Assembly: GCA_035263625.1 (NCBI GenBank)
Contig: DATFRB010000033.1
Coordinates: forward strand, 53,539-117,538
Length of the DNA stretch: 64,000 nucleotides
Direction of reading: 5' to 3'
From: Terracidiphilus sp.
Lineage (GTDB): Bacteria; Acidobacteriota; Terriglobia; Terriglobales; Acidobacteriaceae
Below are positions 46,052-56,626 of this stretch, piece by piece. Under the pieces are notes generated by a model. That model was given only the letters and a program-made list of their open reading frames with translations. It was not told the origin of the DNA and ran no database searches. Positions within the stretch are counted from its first letter, which is position 1, and every line of letters starts with the position of its first letter. A program made the translations under genes and the position numbers.

Positions 46052-47545
46052 GTGCGACGCGTGAAGTTTCTACTTATTGCGATGGCGGCATGTGCACTCT
46101 CAGTCGCTGCCCAAGACCGGAAGGATGAGCCCATTCGGCTCGATCCGGGCAATCCGCACTACTTCCTCTATAACGGCAAGACGATTGCGCTGGTCACGAG
46201 CGGTGAGCACTACGGCTCGGTGATCAATGCGGACTTCGACTATCACATTTATCTGAAGACGCTCGAGGCGGACGGGCTGAACTACACGCGGATCTTCGGC
46301 GGGAGCACCGTGGAGGTGCCGGGGATTTCATTCGGCATCAAGCGCAACACGCTGGCTCCGGCGGCCGAGCGGCTGATTTTGCCTTGGGCGCGGAGCGCTG
46401 AGCCGGGGTACGCGGGCGGAGGAAACAAGTTCGACCTGGAGAAGTGGGACCCGGAATACTTCAGGCGGTTGCGCGATTTCCTGGGCGAGGCGCAAAGACG
46501 CGGCGTGGTGGTGGAGATTTCGCTGTTCTCGTCGCAGTACACAGAATCGGAGTGGAAGGCGAGCCCGTTCAACGACGCGAACAACGTGAACCAGACCGAC
46601 GTGACCGACTTCAAGAAGGTGAACACGCCGGATAACGGGAATGTGCTCGCGCTGCAGGAGCGGTATGTGCGGAAGCTGGTGGATGAGGCGAATGCATTTC
46701 CGAACGTGATCTTCGAGATACAGAACGAGCCGTGGTCGGATCATCCGGTGCTGACGGATGTGGTGAACCCTTATCTGCGGCCGCCGGCGCGGGATATGTA
46801 TCCGAACTCGGTTGAGGTGGCGGACGAGGCGTCGATTGCATGGCAGACGCGCGTGGCGGAGTGGATCACGAGCGAGGAGGCAAAGCTCAAAAACAAGCAC
46901 CTGATTGCGCAGTGCTATTCGAATTTCCGGTCGCCGGTGCGGGCGCTCATCGCGGGCGTGAGCGTGGTGAATTTTCACTATGCGTACCCGGAGGCCGTGG
47001 CGTGGAACTATGGGCTCGGCAACGCGATCGGGTACGACGAGACGGGGTTCCTCGGGCGCAGCGATGACGTATACCGGCGGCAGGCGTGGAACTTCATGCT
47101 TTCGGGCGGGAGCACGTTCGACGCGCTGGATTACTCGTTTTCGACTCAGCATCCGGATGGGACGGATGCGGAGCCGAATGGGCCGGGCGGCGGAAGCGTG
47201 GCACTGCGGAAGCAATTGGGGATTCTGCAAAAGTTTCTGACGGCGCTGCCGTTGGCCGAGATGACGCCGGATCAGACCGCGGTGCAGCACGCGGAGGGAG
47301 TGGTGACGCATGCGATGTCGAGCAAGCGCGGCGTGTATGCGGTTTATCTGGATGGCAGCGGCCCGAGCCGGTTGACTCTGCGGCTGTCGAAGGGCAGGTA
47401 TCGCGGGGAGTGGGTGAACACGGTGAGCGGCGAGACGACAGCGGTGGCGGAGTTTGCGAGCGATGGTGGCGAGGGCCTGATTATATCCCCGGCGTTTGAG
47501 AATGGGATCGCGCTGCGGGTTAGCAGGGTCGGGAGTTCACAGTAA
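46052..47545 (+). CDS. Exported clan-A-like glycoside hydrolase (GH5-like TIM barrel) with a C-terminal beta domain
   Basis: Signal peptide, GLNYTRIF, FEIQNEP, VNFHYA and GYDETG. The C-terminal YAVYL..LSKGRYRGEWVNT module resembles the putative collagen-binding domain. Confidence 0.7.
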   Translation: MRRVKFLLIAMAACALSVAAQDRKDEPIRLDPGNPHYFLYNGKTIALVTSGEHYGSVINADFDYHIYLKTLEADGLNYTRIFGGSTVEVPGISFGIKRNTLAPAAERLILPWARSAEPGYAGGGNKFDLEKWDPEYFRRLRDFLGEAQRRGVVVEISLFSSQYTESEWKASPFNDANNVNQTDVTDFKKVNTPDNGNVLALQERYVRKLVDEANAFPNVIFEIQNEPWSDHPVLTDVVNPYLRPPARDMYPNSVEVADEASIAWQTRVAEWITSEEAKLKNKHLIAQCYSNFRSPVRALIAGVSVVNFHYAYPEAVAWNYGLGNAIGYDETGFLGRSDDVYRRQAWNFMLSGGSTFDALDYSFSTQHPDGTDAEPNGPGGGSVALRKQLGILQKFLTALPLAEMTPDQTAVQHAEGVVTHAMSSKRGVYAVYLDGSGPSRLTLRLSKGRYRGEWVNTVSGETTAVAEFASDGGEGLIISPAFENGIALRVSRVGSSQ

Positions 47546-47611
47546 TTCCAGGCAAGAAAGCGAGATTGCGGCTTCGGGCCCAACGATACGCGCGATCGGG
47601 GCTTCCTTGCA

Positions 47612-47700
47612 GCGTCCCTACGGGACTACGTGGCACCTTCCTGGAATTCCCTTTCCCCACGCTAAAGCGCGGGGCTAACAAACCTTGCGCCTCCGGCGCG
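47612..47700. repeat. REP-like triple-hairpin element
   Basis: gtccc-tac-gggac, cccc-acgctaaagcgc-gggg-cta and gcgcc-tcc-ggcgc. Confidence 0.6.
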
Positions 47701-47852
47701 CTTGCCAGCGCAGTTCCCATGCCGCTCTCAATTGAGTACCCAGGAGTGCTGATACGACGCCCTATGCGGTAATCTCGAAGTTTCTGTGCGCGGCGTCTTA
47801 TACTGAGCTTCACGGTTTGCCTCCTTTCCAATTCAATATTTTTGGAGATTGA

Positions 47853-49481
47853 TTGATGCGACGTTCCGCACGTTTGTTTGCAGCTTTGCTTGCTCTCGCG
47901 TTTGTGGTTCCTTCGATTGCGCGAAGCGATGACGATAAAACGAAGACCGACAACAAGCCTGCGGAGAAGCCGGCGGCGCAGGCGGACGTGACGACGCAGG
48001 GCTCGGTGGATGCGGGCGGGCAGCACATCCTATACAACGCGATTGCGGGAACTATCACGGTGGGCGCGACGGATGTGCAGGACGCGCAGTTGGGGCTCGA
48101 TGGGAAGCCGGAGCCGGGAAGCCAGCTTGCGCTGGACGCGCCGAAGGAAGAGAAGGACGCGGCGCCGACGGCGCGGATGTCGTTCTTTGCGTATTTTAAG
48201 AAGGACGTCAAAGCAGAGGACCGGCCGATCACGTTTTTCTACAACGGAGGGCCGGGAAGCTCGACGGTGTGGCTGCACATGGGGTCGCTGGGGCCGAAGC
48301 ACGTGGTGACGTCAACCGACGAGCACTTGCCGGCGGCTCCGTACAAGATGGTGGACAACGCGAACTCGCTGCTTGACGTGAGCGACATTGTGTTCGTGGA
48401 CATGCCAGGGACGGGATTCGGGCGGCTGATGGGCAAGGACCCGGAGAAGGCGTTCTGGGGCGTGGATGAGGACGCGAATGCGTTTGCGCGGTTCATTGCG
48501 CGGTTCATCACCAAGTACAGCCGGTGGAATTCGCCGAAGTACATCTTCGGAGAGAGCTACGGGACGACGCGGTCGGCGGTGCTGGCGGACGTGCTGGAGA
48601 ACAACAAGAGCATCGACCTGAACGGCGTGATCCTGCTGTCGCAGATTTTCAACTTCACAACGGATATCGACGGGCCGCAGGGGAACCCGGGCGTGGATCT
48701 GCCGTACGTGCTGGCGCTGCCGACATACGCTGCGACGGCGTGGTACCACAAGAAGCTGCCCACACAGCCGGCGGCGCTGGAACCGTTCCTGAAGGAAGTG
48801 GAGGAATTTGCCATGGGCGCGTATACGCACGCGCTGGCGCAGGGGACGGATCTTTCGACGGAGGAGAAGCAGGCCACGGCGGAGAAGCTGCACCAGTACA
48901 CCGGACTGCCGACGGCGTACATTCTGAAGGCCGACCTGCGCGTGAATGGCGGCGAGTTCTCGAAGAGCCTGCAGGATGATGAGAACCTGACGACTGGGCG
49001 ACTGGATACGCGGTTCTCTGGGCCGACGATCGATCCGCTGAGCCAGTCTGCGGACTACGATCCGCAAAGCTCGGCGATTTCGTCGGCGTATGTGTCGCTG
49101 TTCAACGATTACGTGCGCAAGGAACTGAAGTACGGAGAGGGGCAGACGTATCTGCCGGAGGCGCTGTTCGGGTCGAGCCAGTGGGACATGGTGCACCACG
49201 GGAACCCGGTGAGCCTGAACGTGGCGCCGGACCTGGCCGAGGCGATGAAGACGAATCCGCGGCTGAAGGTGATGGTGAACGGCGGGTACTACGATTTGGC
49301 CACGCCGTTTTTCGCCGCGCAGTACGAGGAGAAGCACCTGCCGATTCCGAAGTCGCTGGCGAAGAACATCGAGTATGACTGGTACGAGTCGGGGCACATG
49401 GTATACGTGCGCGACGAGAGCCTGAAGCAGCTGCACGACCGCGTGGCTGCGTTTATTACGAAGACGGACGCGGGGAAGTGA
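47853..49481 (+). CDS. S10 family serine carboxypeptidase, exported
   Basis: Motifs FFYNGGPGSS, GTGF, GESYGTTR, NGGYYDLATP and YESGHM. Confidence 0.93.
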   Translation: MMRRSARLFAALLALAFVVPSIARSDDDKTKTDNKPAEKPAAQADVTTQGSVDAGGQHILYNAIAGTITVGATDVQDAQLGLDGKPEPGSQLALDAPKEEKDAAPTARMSFFAYFKKDVKAEDRPITFFYNGGPGSSTVWLHMGSLGPKHVVTSTDEHLPAAPYKMVDNANSLLDVSDIVFVDMPGTGFGRLMGKDPEKAFWGVDEDANAFARFIARFITKYSRWNSPKYIFGESYGTTRSAVLADVLENNKSIDLNGVILLSQIFNFTTDIDGPQGNPGVDLPYVLALPTYAATAWYHKKLPTQPAALEPFLKEVEEFAMGAYTHALAQGTDLSTEEKQATAEKLHQYTGLPTAYILKADLRVNGGEFSKSLQDDENLTTGRLDTRFSGPTIDPLSQSADYDPQSSAISSAYVSLFNDYVRKELKYGEGQTYLPEALFGSSQWDMVHHGNPVSLNVAPDLAEAMKTNPRLKVMVNGGYYDLATPFFAAQYEEKHLPIPKSLAKNIEYDWYESGHMVYVRDESLKQLHDRVAAFITKTDAGK

Positions 49482-49521
49482 GATCAAGCGGCAACGTGTT
49501 CCCGCACGCTGCCGCCTTATT

Positions 49522-51216
49522 TCATTTCAAAGACTCCAGAGTGCGCTCGGAGTTGGAATTCGCCAAGTTGAGCTGCTGCGCGCGGTCGAGAGCAGCCTGC
49601 ACATTGGGCATGATGTTCTCGCGGCCCACGTGATCGAGAAAACGCGGATTCGCGAGGAGCCTGCTCGGCTGATTCATGGCTCCGCAGAGTATGAGCGCGC
49701 GGCCAGAAGAGTTGAGGCGCCTCGCGAACGATTCGATTGCATGGATTCCGGTCTGGTCGATTGCGGTCATGTTGCGCAGCCGCAGGATTACGACCTGGTT
49801 GAATGCTTCCAGGTTGGCGGTTGCATCGACAAGTTTTTCGGTAGTGCCAAATAGAAACGGACCGTGGATGCGCAGCAACGTGACGTAGGGAGGAATGATG
49901 CGCCCCTGCAGCGTGTGCGGCAGGCCGTCGCGAATGTAGTCGTCGTCCACCGGGCTCACGGTGGTCGTTTCGGCAATGCGGTAGATATAAAGAAGGGCGG
50001 CGAGCGTGAGGCCTACTCCGACAGCGATGGTGAGGTCTGCAAAGACAGTCAAGCCGAACGTTACCAGCCACACGGAGATCGCCGCGAAATCGAGTTGAAA
50101 CACGGCGCCGATCTCATGCCACTCGCCCATGTTGTAGGCCACCATGAACAATACGCCGGCGAGGGTCGCCAATGGGATATAGCTTGCAAGCGGCGCCGCG
50201 GCAAGGAGGATAACGAGCAGCGTTATCGCGTGGATCATGCCGGCAATGGGAGAGCGAGCTCCGGCGCGAATGTTAGTAGCTGTGCGGGCGATTGCACCAG
50301 TGGCCGGAATTCCACCGAACACGGGAGAAGCGAGGTTTGCGATGCCCTGGGCGACGAGTTCGACGTTTGAGTTGTGACGGTCGCCTGTCATGCCGTCTGC
50401 AACCACAGCGGACAGCATGCTTTCAAGCGCGCCCAGCATCGCGACTGTGAATGCAGAAGGCAGTAGCGGAAGGATGTGCTCGGAGTGAAAGCTGGGGATT
50501 GCAAACGGCGGCAAACCACGCGGGATTCCTCCGAACTTCGTACCGATGGTTTCGACCGGCAGGTGGAGGACTGCGCACGCAACCGTGCAGACCAATACGG
50601 CGACGATTGACGCAGGAACGCGGCGAGTGAACCGCGGAAGAACGATGAGAATCGCAAGTGTCGAGAGCCCGATGCCCAAGGCAGCCCAGTTGACCGTAGT
50701 CGCATGCGCTGCCAGCAGTTTCATGCGAGGCAGGAACTCGCTGGGCACAGGTCCGGTGCGCAGGCCGAAGAAGTCTTTTATCTGTGTAGAAGCGATCAGG
50801 ACGGCAATGCCGTTGGTGAACCCGATTACTACGCCGCGCGGGATGAACCGAACTGCGGCGCCGAGACCGGTCAGGCCCATAACGATCAGAATGACTCCGG
50901 CCATGAGCGTGACCAATGCCAGGCCGCTCATTCCGAAGTGCGCCACGATTCCGGCAACGATGACAACGAATGCGCCGGTGGGGCCGCCGATCTGAGCACG
51001 CGAGCCACCCAGCGCGGAGATGAGGAATCCCGCAATGACGGCCGTGTACAGGCCCGCCTGCGGAGTTACGCCGGACGCAATGCCGAATGCCATTGCGAGG
51101 GGAAGCGCGACGAGACCAACTGTGACACCAGCTAATAGATCGTGAAGAAACGACTGCGCGTTATAGGTCCGAAGAGCGAGCACGGACTTGGGCAGACTTG
51201 GATTGCTTGCAGACAT
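49522..51216 (-). CDS. SulP family anion permease with STAS domain
   Basis: Motifs DLLAGVTVGLVALPLAMAF, QIGGPTGAF, ESMLSAVVAD, TGAIARTATN and STAS GPFLFG. ATG at 51216. Confidence 0.93.
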   Translation of the reverse strand: MSASNPSLPKSVLALRTYNAQSFLHDLLAGVTVGLVALPLAMAFGIASGVTPQAGLYTAVIAGFLISALGGSRAQIGGPTGAFVVIVAGIVAHFGMSGLALVTLMAGVILIVMGLTGLGAAVRFIPRGVVIGFTNGIAVLIASTQIKDFFGLRTGPVPSEFLPRMKLLAAHATTVNWAALGIGLSTLAILIVLPRFTRRVPASIVAVLVCTVACAVLHLPVETIGTKFGGIPRGLPPFAIPSFHSEHILPLLPSAFTVAMLGALESMLSAVVADGMTGDRHNSNVELVAQGIANLASPVFGGIPATGAIARTATNIRAGARSPIAGMIHAITLLVILLAAAPLASYIPLATLAGVLFMVAYNMGEWHEIGAVFQLDFAAISVWLVTFGLTVFADLTIAVGVGLTLAALLYIYRIAETTTVSPVDDDYIRDGLPHTLQGRIIPPYVTLLRIHGPFLFGTTEKLVDATANLEAFNQVVILRLRNMTAIDQTGIHAIESFARRLNSSGRALILCGAMNQPSRLLANPRFLDHVGRENIMPNVQAALDRAQQLNLANSNSERTLESLK

Positions 51217-51284
51217 GAAAGCTGCTTCTATTTTACCCGCGAAGACATTCGCATCCGGATAGGGCGGGCAGCCAGAGCGTGACG

Positions 51285-51641
51285 CTACTCGCCGGTGTAG
51301 ATGCAGCCGGTGGTGCAGGTTTCGCGGACTACGATTTTGCTGAGAGCGGGAAGCGCGGGCTGGAGGCGGGTCCAGATCCAGCGGGCGAGGTTTTCGCTGG
51401 TGGGGTTTTCGAGGCCTTCGATGTCGTTGAGACAGCGGTGATCGAGCTGGTCCTCGATGGGAGTAAAGGCCTCTTTGATCTCGGCGAAGTCCATGACCCA
51501 GCCGAGCTTCGGATCGACAGGGCCCTCGGCGTAGATCTCGATGCGAAAGCTGTGGCCGTGCATTCGGTGGCACTTGTGGCCTTCAGGGACGTTCGGCAGC
51601 CAGTGCGCCGCTTCGATCGAGAATTTCTTGAAGATTTCCAT
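51285..51641 (-). CDS. queD: 6-carboxytetrahydropterin synthase
   Basis: Motifs [33 protein letters not shown] and NPTSENLA. Confidence 0.95.
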   Translation of the reverse strand: MEIFKKFSIEAAHWLPNVPEGHKCHRMHGHSFRIEIYAEGPVDPKLGWVMDFAEIKEAFTPIEDQLDHRCLNDIEGLENPTSENLARWIWTRLQPALPALSKIVVRETCTTGCIYTGE

Positions 51642-51650
51642 AAACAATCC

Positions 51651-52289
51651 CTACGGAATACCAACAATCTTATGCGTTTGCAGGCTGAGACGCCACGCTG
51701 GGTGGTCCATGCAATAGCGGACGGCTGCGCCGGTGTTGGCTTCGCGGTCGGGGCCGTCCATCGGCTGAAGGAAGAAGTGGCGGAAGGCGAATTTTTCGCA
51801 GTCGGCGGGGTCGATTCCCTGCTGCGGGAAGACGAGTTTGAGCTCGTCGCCGGAGCGCTGGACGAGATTTGCGCCCGCTTTGGGGCTGACGCAGATCCAG
51901 TCGAGAGAAGTCGGAGCGGGAATCGTGCCGTTGGTTTCGACCGCCACTTCAAAGCCGCGCGCGTGCAGGGCGTCGATCAGTTCGGCGTCGAGCTGAAGCA
52001 GAGGCTCGCCGCCGGTGCAGACGACCAAGGGTTTTCCACGGGCAGTGCGAGCGGGCCAGGCATTCGCGATGGCATCGGCCAGTTCGCGGGCAGTGGCGAA
52101 TTTGCCGCCGCCTGGGCCGTCAGTGCCGAAGAAATCGGTGTCGCAGAATTTGCAGACGGCGGAGGCGCGGCCGTCTTCGCGGCCGGTCCAGAGGTTGCAG
52201 CCGGAGAAGCGGCAGAAGACGGCGGCGCGGCCGGATTGCGCGCCTTCACCCTGGAGGGTGTAAAAGATCTCCTTGACTGTGTACGTCAT
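51651..52289 (-). CDS. queE: 7-carboxy-7-deazaguanine synthase (radical SAM, CX14CX2C type)
   Basis: Motifs [45 protein letters not shown] and [11 protein letters not shown] at 52289 overlaps the queC stop. Confidence 0.95.
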   Translation of the reverse strand: MTYTVKEIFYTLQGEGAQSGRAAVFCRFSGCNLWTGREDGRASAVCKFCDTDFFGTDGPGGGKFATARELADAIANAWPARTARGKPLVVCTGGEPLLQLDAELIDALHARGFEVAVETNGTIPAPTSLDWICVSPKAGANLVQRSGDELKLVFPQQGIDPADCEKFAFRHFFLQPMDGPDREANTGAAVRYCMDHPAWRLSLQTHKIVGIP

Positions 52290-53008
52290 AGTACGGCCTG
52301 TGCGGGCGCGGCGGGATAATGCAGCGGATCGCTGATGCCGTTTTCCGCGAAGCCCTTGCGGCGCAGGATGCAGGAGTCGCATTCGCCGCATGGGGTGCCA
52401 TCTGGAGCGGGGTCGTAGCAGCTGCTGGTGAGGCTGTAGTCGACGCCGAGGTCGAGGCCGGCGCGAATGATCTGAGCCTTGGTCATCGCGACAAGCGGGG
52501 CGTGAATGACGAGGTGCTGGCGGCCTTCGACACCGGCTTTGGTGGCGAGGTTGGCCATCTGCTCGAAGGCGCGGACGAACTCGGGGCGGCAGTCGGGATA
52601 GCCGGAGTAGTCGAGCGCGTTGACGCCGATGAAGATGTCGCTCGAGCCGAGGACTTCCGCCCATGCCAGGGCGAAGGACAGGAAGATGGTATTGCGGGCG
52701 GGCACGTAGGTGATGGGGATACCGTGGCTCATCTCGGCGGCGCCACGGCCCTTGGGAACGGCGATGTCGGAGGTGAGGGCCGAGCCTCCGAATGCGCGTA
52801 GGTCGATGGCAGCGACGCGATGATCCGCGGCTCCTCCGGCTTCGGCAACGCGGCGCGCGGCGAGCAGTTCGAAGCGATGGCGCTGGCCGTAGTCGAAGGA
52901 GAGCGCGTGCGCGGCGTAGCCTTCGCTGCGCGCGATGGCGAGCACGGTGGCCGAGTCGAGACCGCCGCTGAGGAGCACTACTGCCGGCTTTTTTGCTCCC
53001 TGGTCCAT
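52286..53008 (-). CDS. queC: 7-cyano-7-deazaguanine synthase
   Basis: Motifs [28 protein letters not shown] and SCY..CGECDSC. Confidence 0.97.
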   Translation of the reverse strand: MDQGAKKPAVVLLSGGLDSATVLAIARSEGYAAHALSFDYGQRHRFELLAARRVAEAGGAADHRVAAIDLRAFGGSALTSDIAVPKGRGAAEMSHGIPITYVPARNTIFLSFALAWAEVLGSSDIFIGVNALDYSGYPDCRPEFVRAFEQMANLATKAGVEGRQHLVIHAPLVAMTKAQIIRAGLDLGVDYSLTSSCYDPAPDGTPCGECDSCILRRKGFAENGISDPLHYPAAPAQAVL

Positions 53009-53101
53009 TTCTTTAATGGTAGAGCAAGAGCGGAGACTCTACAGGGACACAGGATTGTGATGGAAGCGCGGGAACAGGAACTTGGTGGCGGGGGTGGATT
53101 C

Positions 53102-55063
53102 CTAGAGGCTGGGGGTGGGAGCGTGGGTGGTGGACTCCATATCGTCGGCAGAGTCATCGACGGAGTAGTCGGCGGGGACGGGGACTCTGACTCGAATTGT
53201 GGTGCCGTAGCCGAGTTTTGAATCCACCTCGAACTCGCCATGCACGAGGCGCATGCGTTCGCGCATGCTTATGAGGCCGAGGCCGTGGTGGCCGTTGAGG
53301 CTGTGAGGATCGAACCCGGCGCCGTGATCGACGATGGTCAGGCGGGCTTCATCCTTGTCTCCGGCAAGTTCTACGCAGAAGGCGCGCACGCCGCTGTACT
53401 TGATCGCGTTCTGAAGAGCTTCCTGGAGGACGCGATAGAGGGCGAGAGAGATGTCCTTCGGCAGGTGGGGCAGGTTGGGATCGGACTTGAAGTTGACCTG
53501 GACTTCCTGCTGCTCACTCACTTCCCTGCAGAGCGCCGCGGCTGCCGTTCCAAGGCCAAGATATTCGAGGTGCGAGGAGTGCAACCGGCGCGAAATGGCC
53601 TGGATGTCGTTGGCGAGGTTTCGAAGCTGGGTGACCGAGGTGGCCACGGCGCTGCGGATGGCCGGATCTGAGCCGTTTGCCTTTTGGGTCGCGGAGGAAA
53701 GTTGCCAGGTGAGCACGGCGATGCGCTGATTGATGTCGTCGTGGAGCTCGCGGGCGATGCGGGAGCGCTCCTCCTCCTGGGCTTCGAGCACCTTGCGGTG
53801 CAGGATGGCGAGCGCCTCCTCGGCCAGCTTGTGATCGGTGACATCGACAACCGATCCGATGTATCCGGCGAACACGCCATCGACGAAGCGCGGAACGCCA
53901 TTGTCGACCATCCAGCGGTACTCTCCGTCGTGGCGCCGCAGCCGGTATTGCAAATGAGTAGGCTGCCGGCGGTTCCATTGGTCTGTCAGGGTGGACATGC
54001 ATCCCACGAGGTCTTCGGGATGGAGGCCTTCGGTCCAGCCTCTGCCGAGTTCCTGCTCGAGGGAGCGGCCGCGGAACTTGAGCCACCGCTCGTTGACGTA
54101 GGTGCATTGCCGGTCGGGACCCGTCACCCAAATCTTGACGGGCGCGGAGTTTGCGGCAAGGCGGAAGCGCCTTTCGCTGTCGCGGAGAGCGACGTCTTCG
54201 CGCTCGAGATCAAACGCCGTGAGAGCGAGCGCCACGATCAGGCACAGGGTGACGACGCCGCCGGCCATCGCAGAGGTAAAGCCGAATTCCCAGCGGTAAT
54301 ACTTTTGCAAATCGACCACCGCAAGGCCGAGAACCAGTGTGGCGGCGATGGATGCGGGAAGCAAGCGCCGAAGCATGGCGCCGCCGGGGTTGCTGGCGTG
54401 AAGAATGCGAACAAACCCCTCGGCCGAATGGGCGTAGAGCACGCCGATGCCACCGAGCATGAAACAGATAGCGGTAGGGACGGACACGTTCCTGTGCGGG
54501 CCGATCAGCACGTCCGAGGGAAAATTGAAGGCATACGTGACAAGGACGATCCCGCCCCATAGCGCCGTCAAGATAGCGAAGGCGTGCGACAGAGCCCGCA
54601 GCAGGCGGGGGCGGGCCTTCATGAACAGGAGCGAAACCGCCAGCCCCAGGAATCCCTCGCTGGTGAACTGCGACATGCGGCCGGGAAAGGTGTGGAAATG
54701 GGTGTCGCGGAAGAGGAGCTGGTCGATTCCGAGATCCGGAGTCCAGTAATACTGGGCGAGCGTGAGCAGGGCGAGAAGGGACGCGAGAGATGCGTAGATG
54801 TAGCGGTCGCGATGGTCGCGGCGAAGGAGAGCAACCGCCGCCAGGATTGCGCAGACGGCCGAGTTGGCCTTCATGGAGAGGGAGACTGGAAGAAAGTACT
54901 GGAGCGGCCTGAGGTTGAACACCCAACCAGCCAACACGACGGCAGAGAGCAGAATTATTGCCCACGCCGCGACTGAGGCTACCTTCGAAATTCCGGCTGG
55001 ATTTGCCGCTTCCGGCCCTGATTGCGTCATATAATCCCGCGCCACCCACGGGAGAAGTGGCAT
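53102..55063 (-). CDS. Membrane PAS-domain sensor histidine kinase (HisKA_3/NarX-like)
   Basis: About seven TM segments, PAS/PAC (WTEGLHPED..YRLRRHDGEYRW), EERSRIARELHDD, EALQNAIKYSG, DHGAGF and GLGLISMRER. Confidence 0.92.
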   Translation of the reverse strand: MPLLPWVARDYMTQSGPEAANPAGISKVASVAAWAIILLSAVVLAGWVFNLRPLQYFLPVSLSMKANSAVCAILAAVALLRRDHRDRYIYASLASLLALLTLAQYYWTPDLGIDQLLFRDTHFHTFPGRMSQFTSEGFLGLAVSLLFMKARPRLLRALSHAFAILTALWGGIVLVTYAFNFPSDVLIGPHRNVSVPTAICFMLGGIGVLYAHSAEGFVRILHASNPGGAMLRRLLPASIAATLVLGLAVVDLQKYYRWEFGFTSAMAGGVVTLCLIVALALTAFDLEREDVALRDSERRFRLAANSAPVKIWVTGPDRQCTYVNERWLKFRGRSLEQELGRGWTEGLHPEDLVGCMSTLTDQWNRRQPTHLQYRLRRHDGEYRWMVDNGVPRFVDGVFAGYIGSVVDVTDHKLAEEALAILHRKVLEAQEEERSRIARELHDDINQRIAVLTWQLSSATQKANGSDPAIRSAVATSVTQLRNLANDIQAISRRLHSSHLEYLGLGTAAAALCREVSEQQEVQVNFKSDPNLPHLPKDISLALYRVLQEALQNAIKYSGVRAFCVELAGDKDEARLTIVDHGAGFDPHSLNGHHGLGLISMRERMRLVHGEFEVDSKLGYGTTIRVRVPVPADYSVDDSADDMESTTHAPTPSL

Positions 55064-55651
55064 AGGTTACAGAGGCCCGGTGGAGTTATTGTCGCGATTC
55101 CCTACCGAATCAGGATCGCTTTTTGTGAACCGACCAACCTAAGGAGCAATGGTTACGGGAAAGCTTACACCCTTTTGCAATGGTGCGTCGGTTAATTCCG
55201 ACCGAATGGGTCGCTTTTATCACGATGTGGGACAATTTCGGATAATTTGATACGAATTTAGGCGAACAAATGTGATTTTCCAGCGGGCATTTGCGCGTTC
55301 TCTGGTATTTTTAGCTGTTTTTAAGTCTGAGCGCAATTATGGATTGTTATGCGAGGGCACAGAAAAGTCGTCCGGGGATGGAAGCGTCGGAATTTCGGGG
55401 ATTGGAAATAACCTTACGGTTTCCTTATATTTCCGGCGGTGCTTTGCGGGTAGAGTATCGGTAACGGGCGGGGCTGAGGGCCGGGTCTTTCGAGATCCGT
55501 TGAGACGCGGCTTAATTGGCGCCCTCCTGACAAGACCTCTCCGGGTTTTGAGTCTTCCCAGGCACATGAGGTCGCAGCTGCTTATAGAGTTTCTTTCCCT
55601 CAAAGTTTGCCCTGGCCAGACGCGTGCGTTGTCCCTGGAGACGGACTGAAA

Positions 55652-56626
55652 ATGGGATTCTTCGACACCCTGGAAGCCGGAACGCAAGTGGACTGGTATC
55701 GCATCGACGCGCCCGTGGCAACGAGCGGGATGGCTTCGATCTACCGCGCCGTGGACACGCGCGACAACAAGGTGGTGGCGCTGAAGTTTCCGCACCCGGA
55801 CCTGGAGGCCGATCCGGTGCTCTTCGACCGGTTCCAGCGCGAGGCGAAAATCGGGGAGCGGCTGAACCACCCCGGCGTGATGAAGGTGTACGGAGGCGAG
55901 CCGAGGACGCGCGTTTACATGGTGATGGAGTGGTGCGAAGGGCGGTTGCTGCGGACCATTCTTGGGGACGGCCGGATGCGGCAGGAGCGCGCGCTTCACA
56001 TCGCTGTAGAGACGCTTGCGGCACTGAAGTACATCCATGAAAATGGCGTGATTCACCGCGACCTGAAGCCCGAGAACATCATGGTGGACGGCCGGGACAA
56101 CGTGAAGCTGATCGACTTTGGGATTGCGGGCGACTCAGCGGCGAAGCGGCTGACGTATGCCAACCTGACGGCTGCGCTGGGCAGCCCGAATTACATTTCG
56201 CCGGAGCAGGCAAAGGGCAAGCGCGGCGATGCGCGGACCGACATCTATGCGATGGGGATCATCCTGTACGAGATGCTGACGGGAACGCTGCCTTTCCAGG
56301 GGGCGAACCCGATGCAGGTGATCAACGACCGGCTGATCAATTACCCGATTCCACCGCGTGTGGCGAACCCGGCGGTTTCGCCGGCGCTGCAGGAAGTGAT
56401 CTACCGGGCGATGGAGCGGGACCCGAAGAACCGGTATGTATCGGCGGCAGAGTTTGCGCGCGACCTGGAGCACCTGGACCAGGTGGGTGTGGAAGACCGG
56501 GTCGAAATTCGCGAGTGGCAGAAGCGGAAATCGCCGACGCTGCGGAGGTTTCTTTACTATGGCGCGCTGGCGCTGATACCGGTGGTTGTGCTGTTGATCA
56601 TGTTCCTGGTGGCAAAGTCGAAGTAG
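55652..56626 (+). CDS. Hanks-type Ser/Thr protein kinase with a C-terminal TM helix
   Basis: Motifs VALK, RFQRE, HRDLKPEN, DFG, YISPEQ and DIYAMG. The TM helix is followed by only about 4 residues. Confidence 0.93.
   Translation: MGFFDTLEAGTQVDWYRIDAPVATSGMASIYRAVDTRDNKVVALKFPHPDLEADPVLFDRFQREAKIGERLNHPGVMKVYGGEPRTRVYMVMEWCEGRLLRTILGDGRMRQERALHIAVETLAALKYIHENGVIHRDLKPENIMVDGRDNVKLIDFGIAGDSAAKRLTYANLTAALGSPNYISPEQAKGKRGDARTDIYAMGIILYEMLTGTLPFQGANPMQVINDRLINYPIPPRVANPAVSPALQEVIYRAMERDPKNRYVSAAEFARDLEHLDQVGVEDRVEIREWQKRKSPTLRRFLYYGALALIPVVVLLIMFLVAKSK

Noticed and set aside
51285-53008. queCED as part of a 7-deazaguanine DNA-modification (dpd) defence island
   Set aside because: No dpdA/tgt-like, helicase or nuclease genes are adjacent, so ordinary queuosine precursor synthesis is the simpler reading. 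The CX14CX2C QueE motif is already described.
55272-55649. 125-aa ORF upstream of the Ser/Thr kinase
   Set aside because: It has no RBS or recognisable motif and overlaps the probable promoter region, so it is treated as non-coding.
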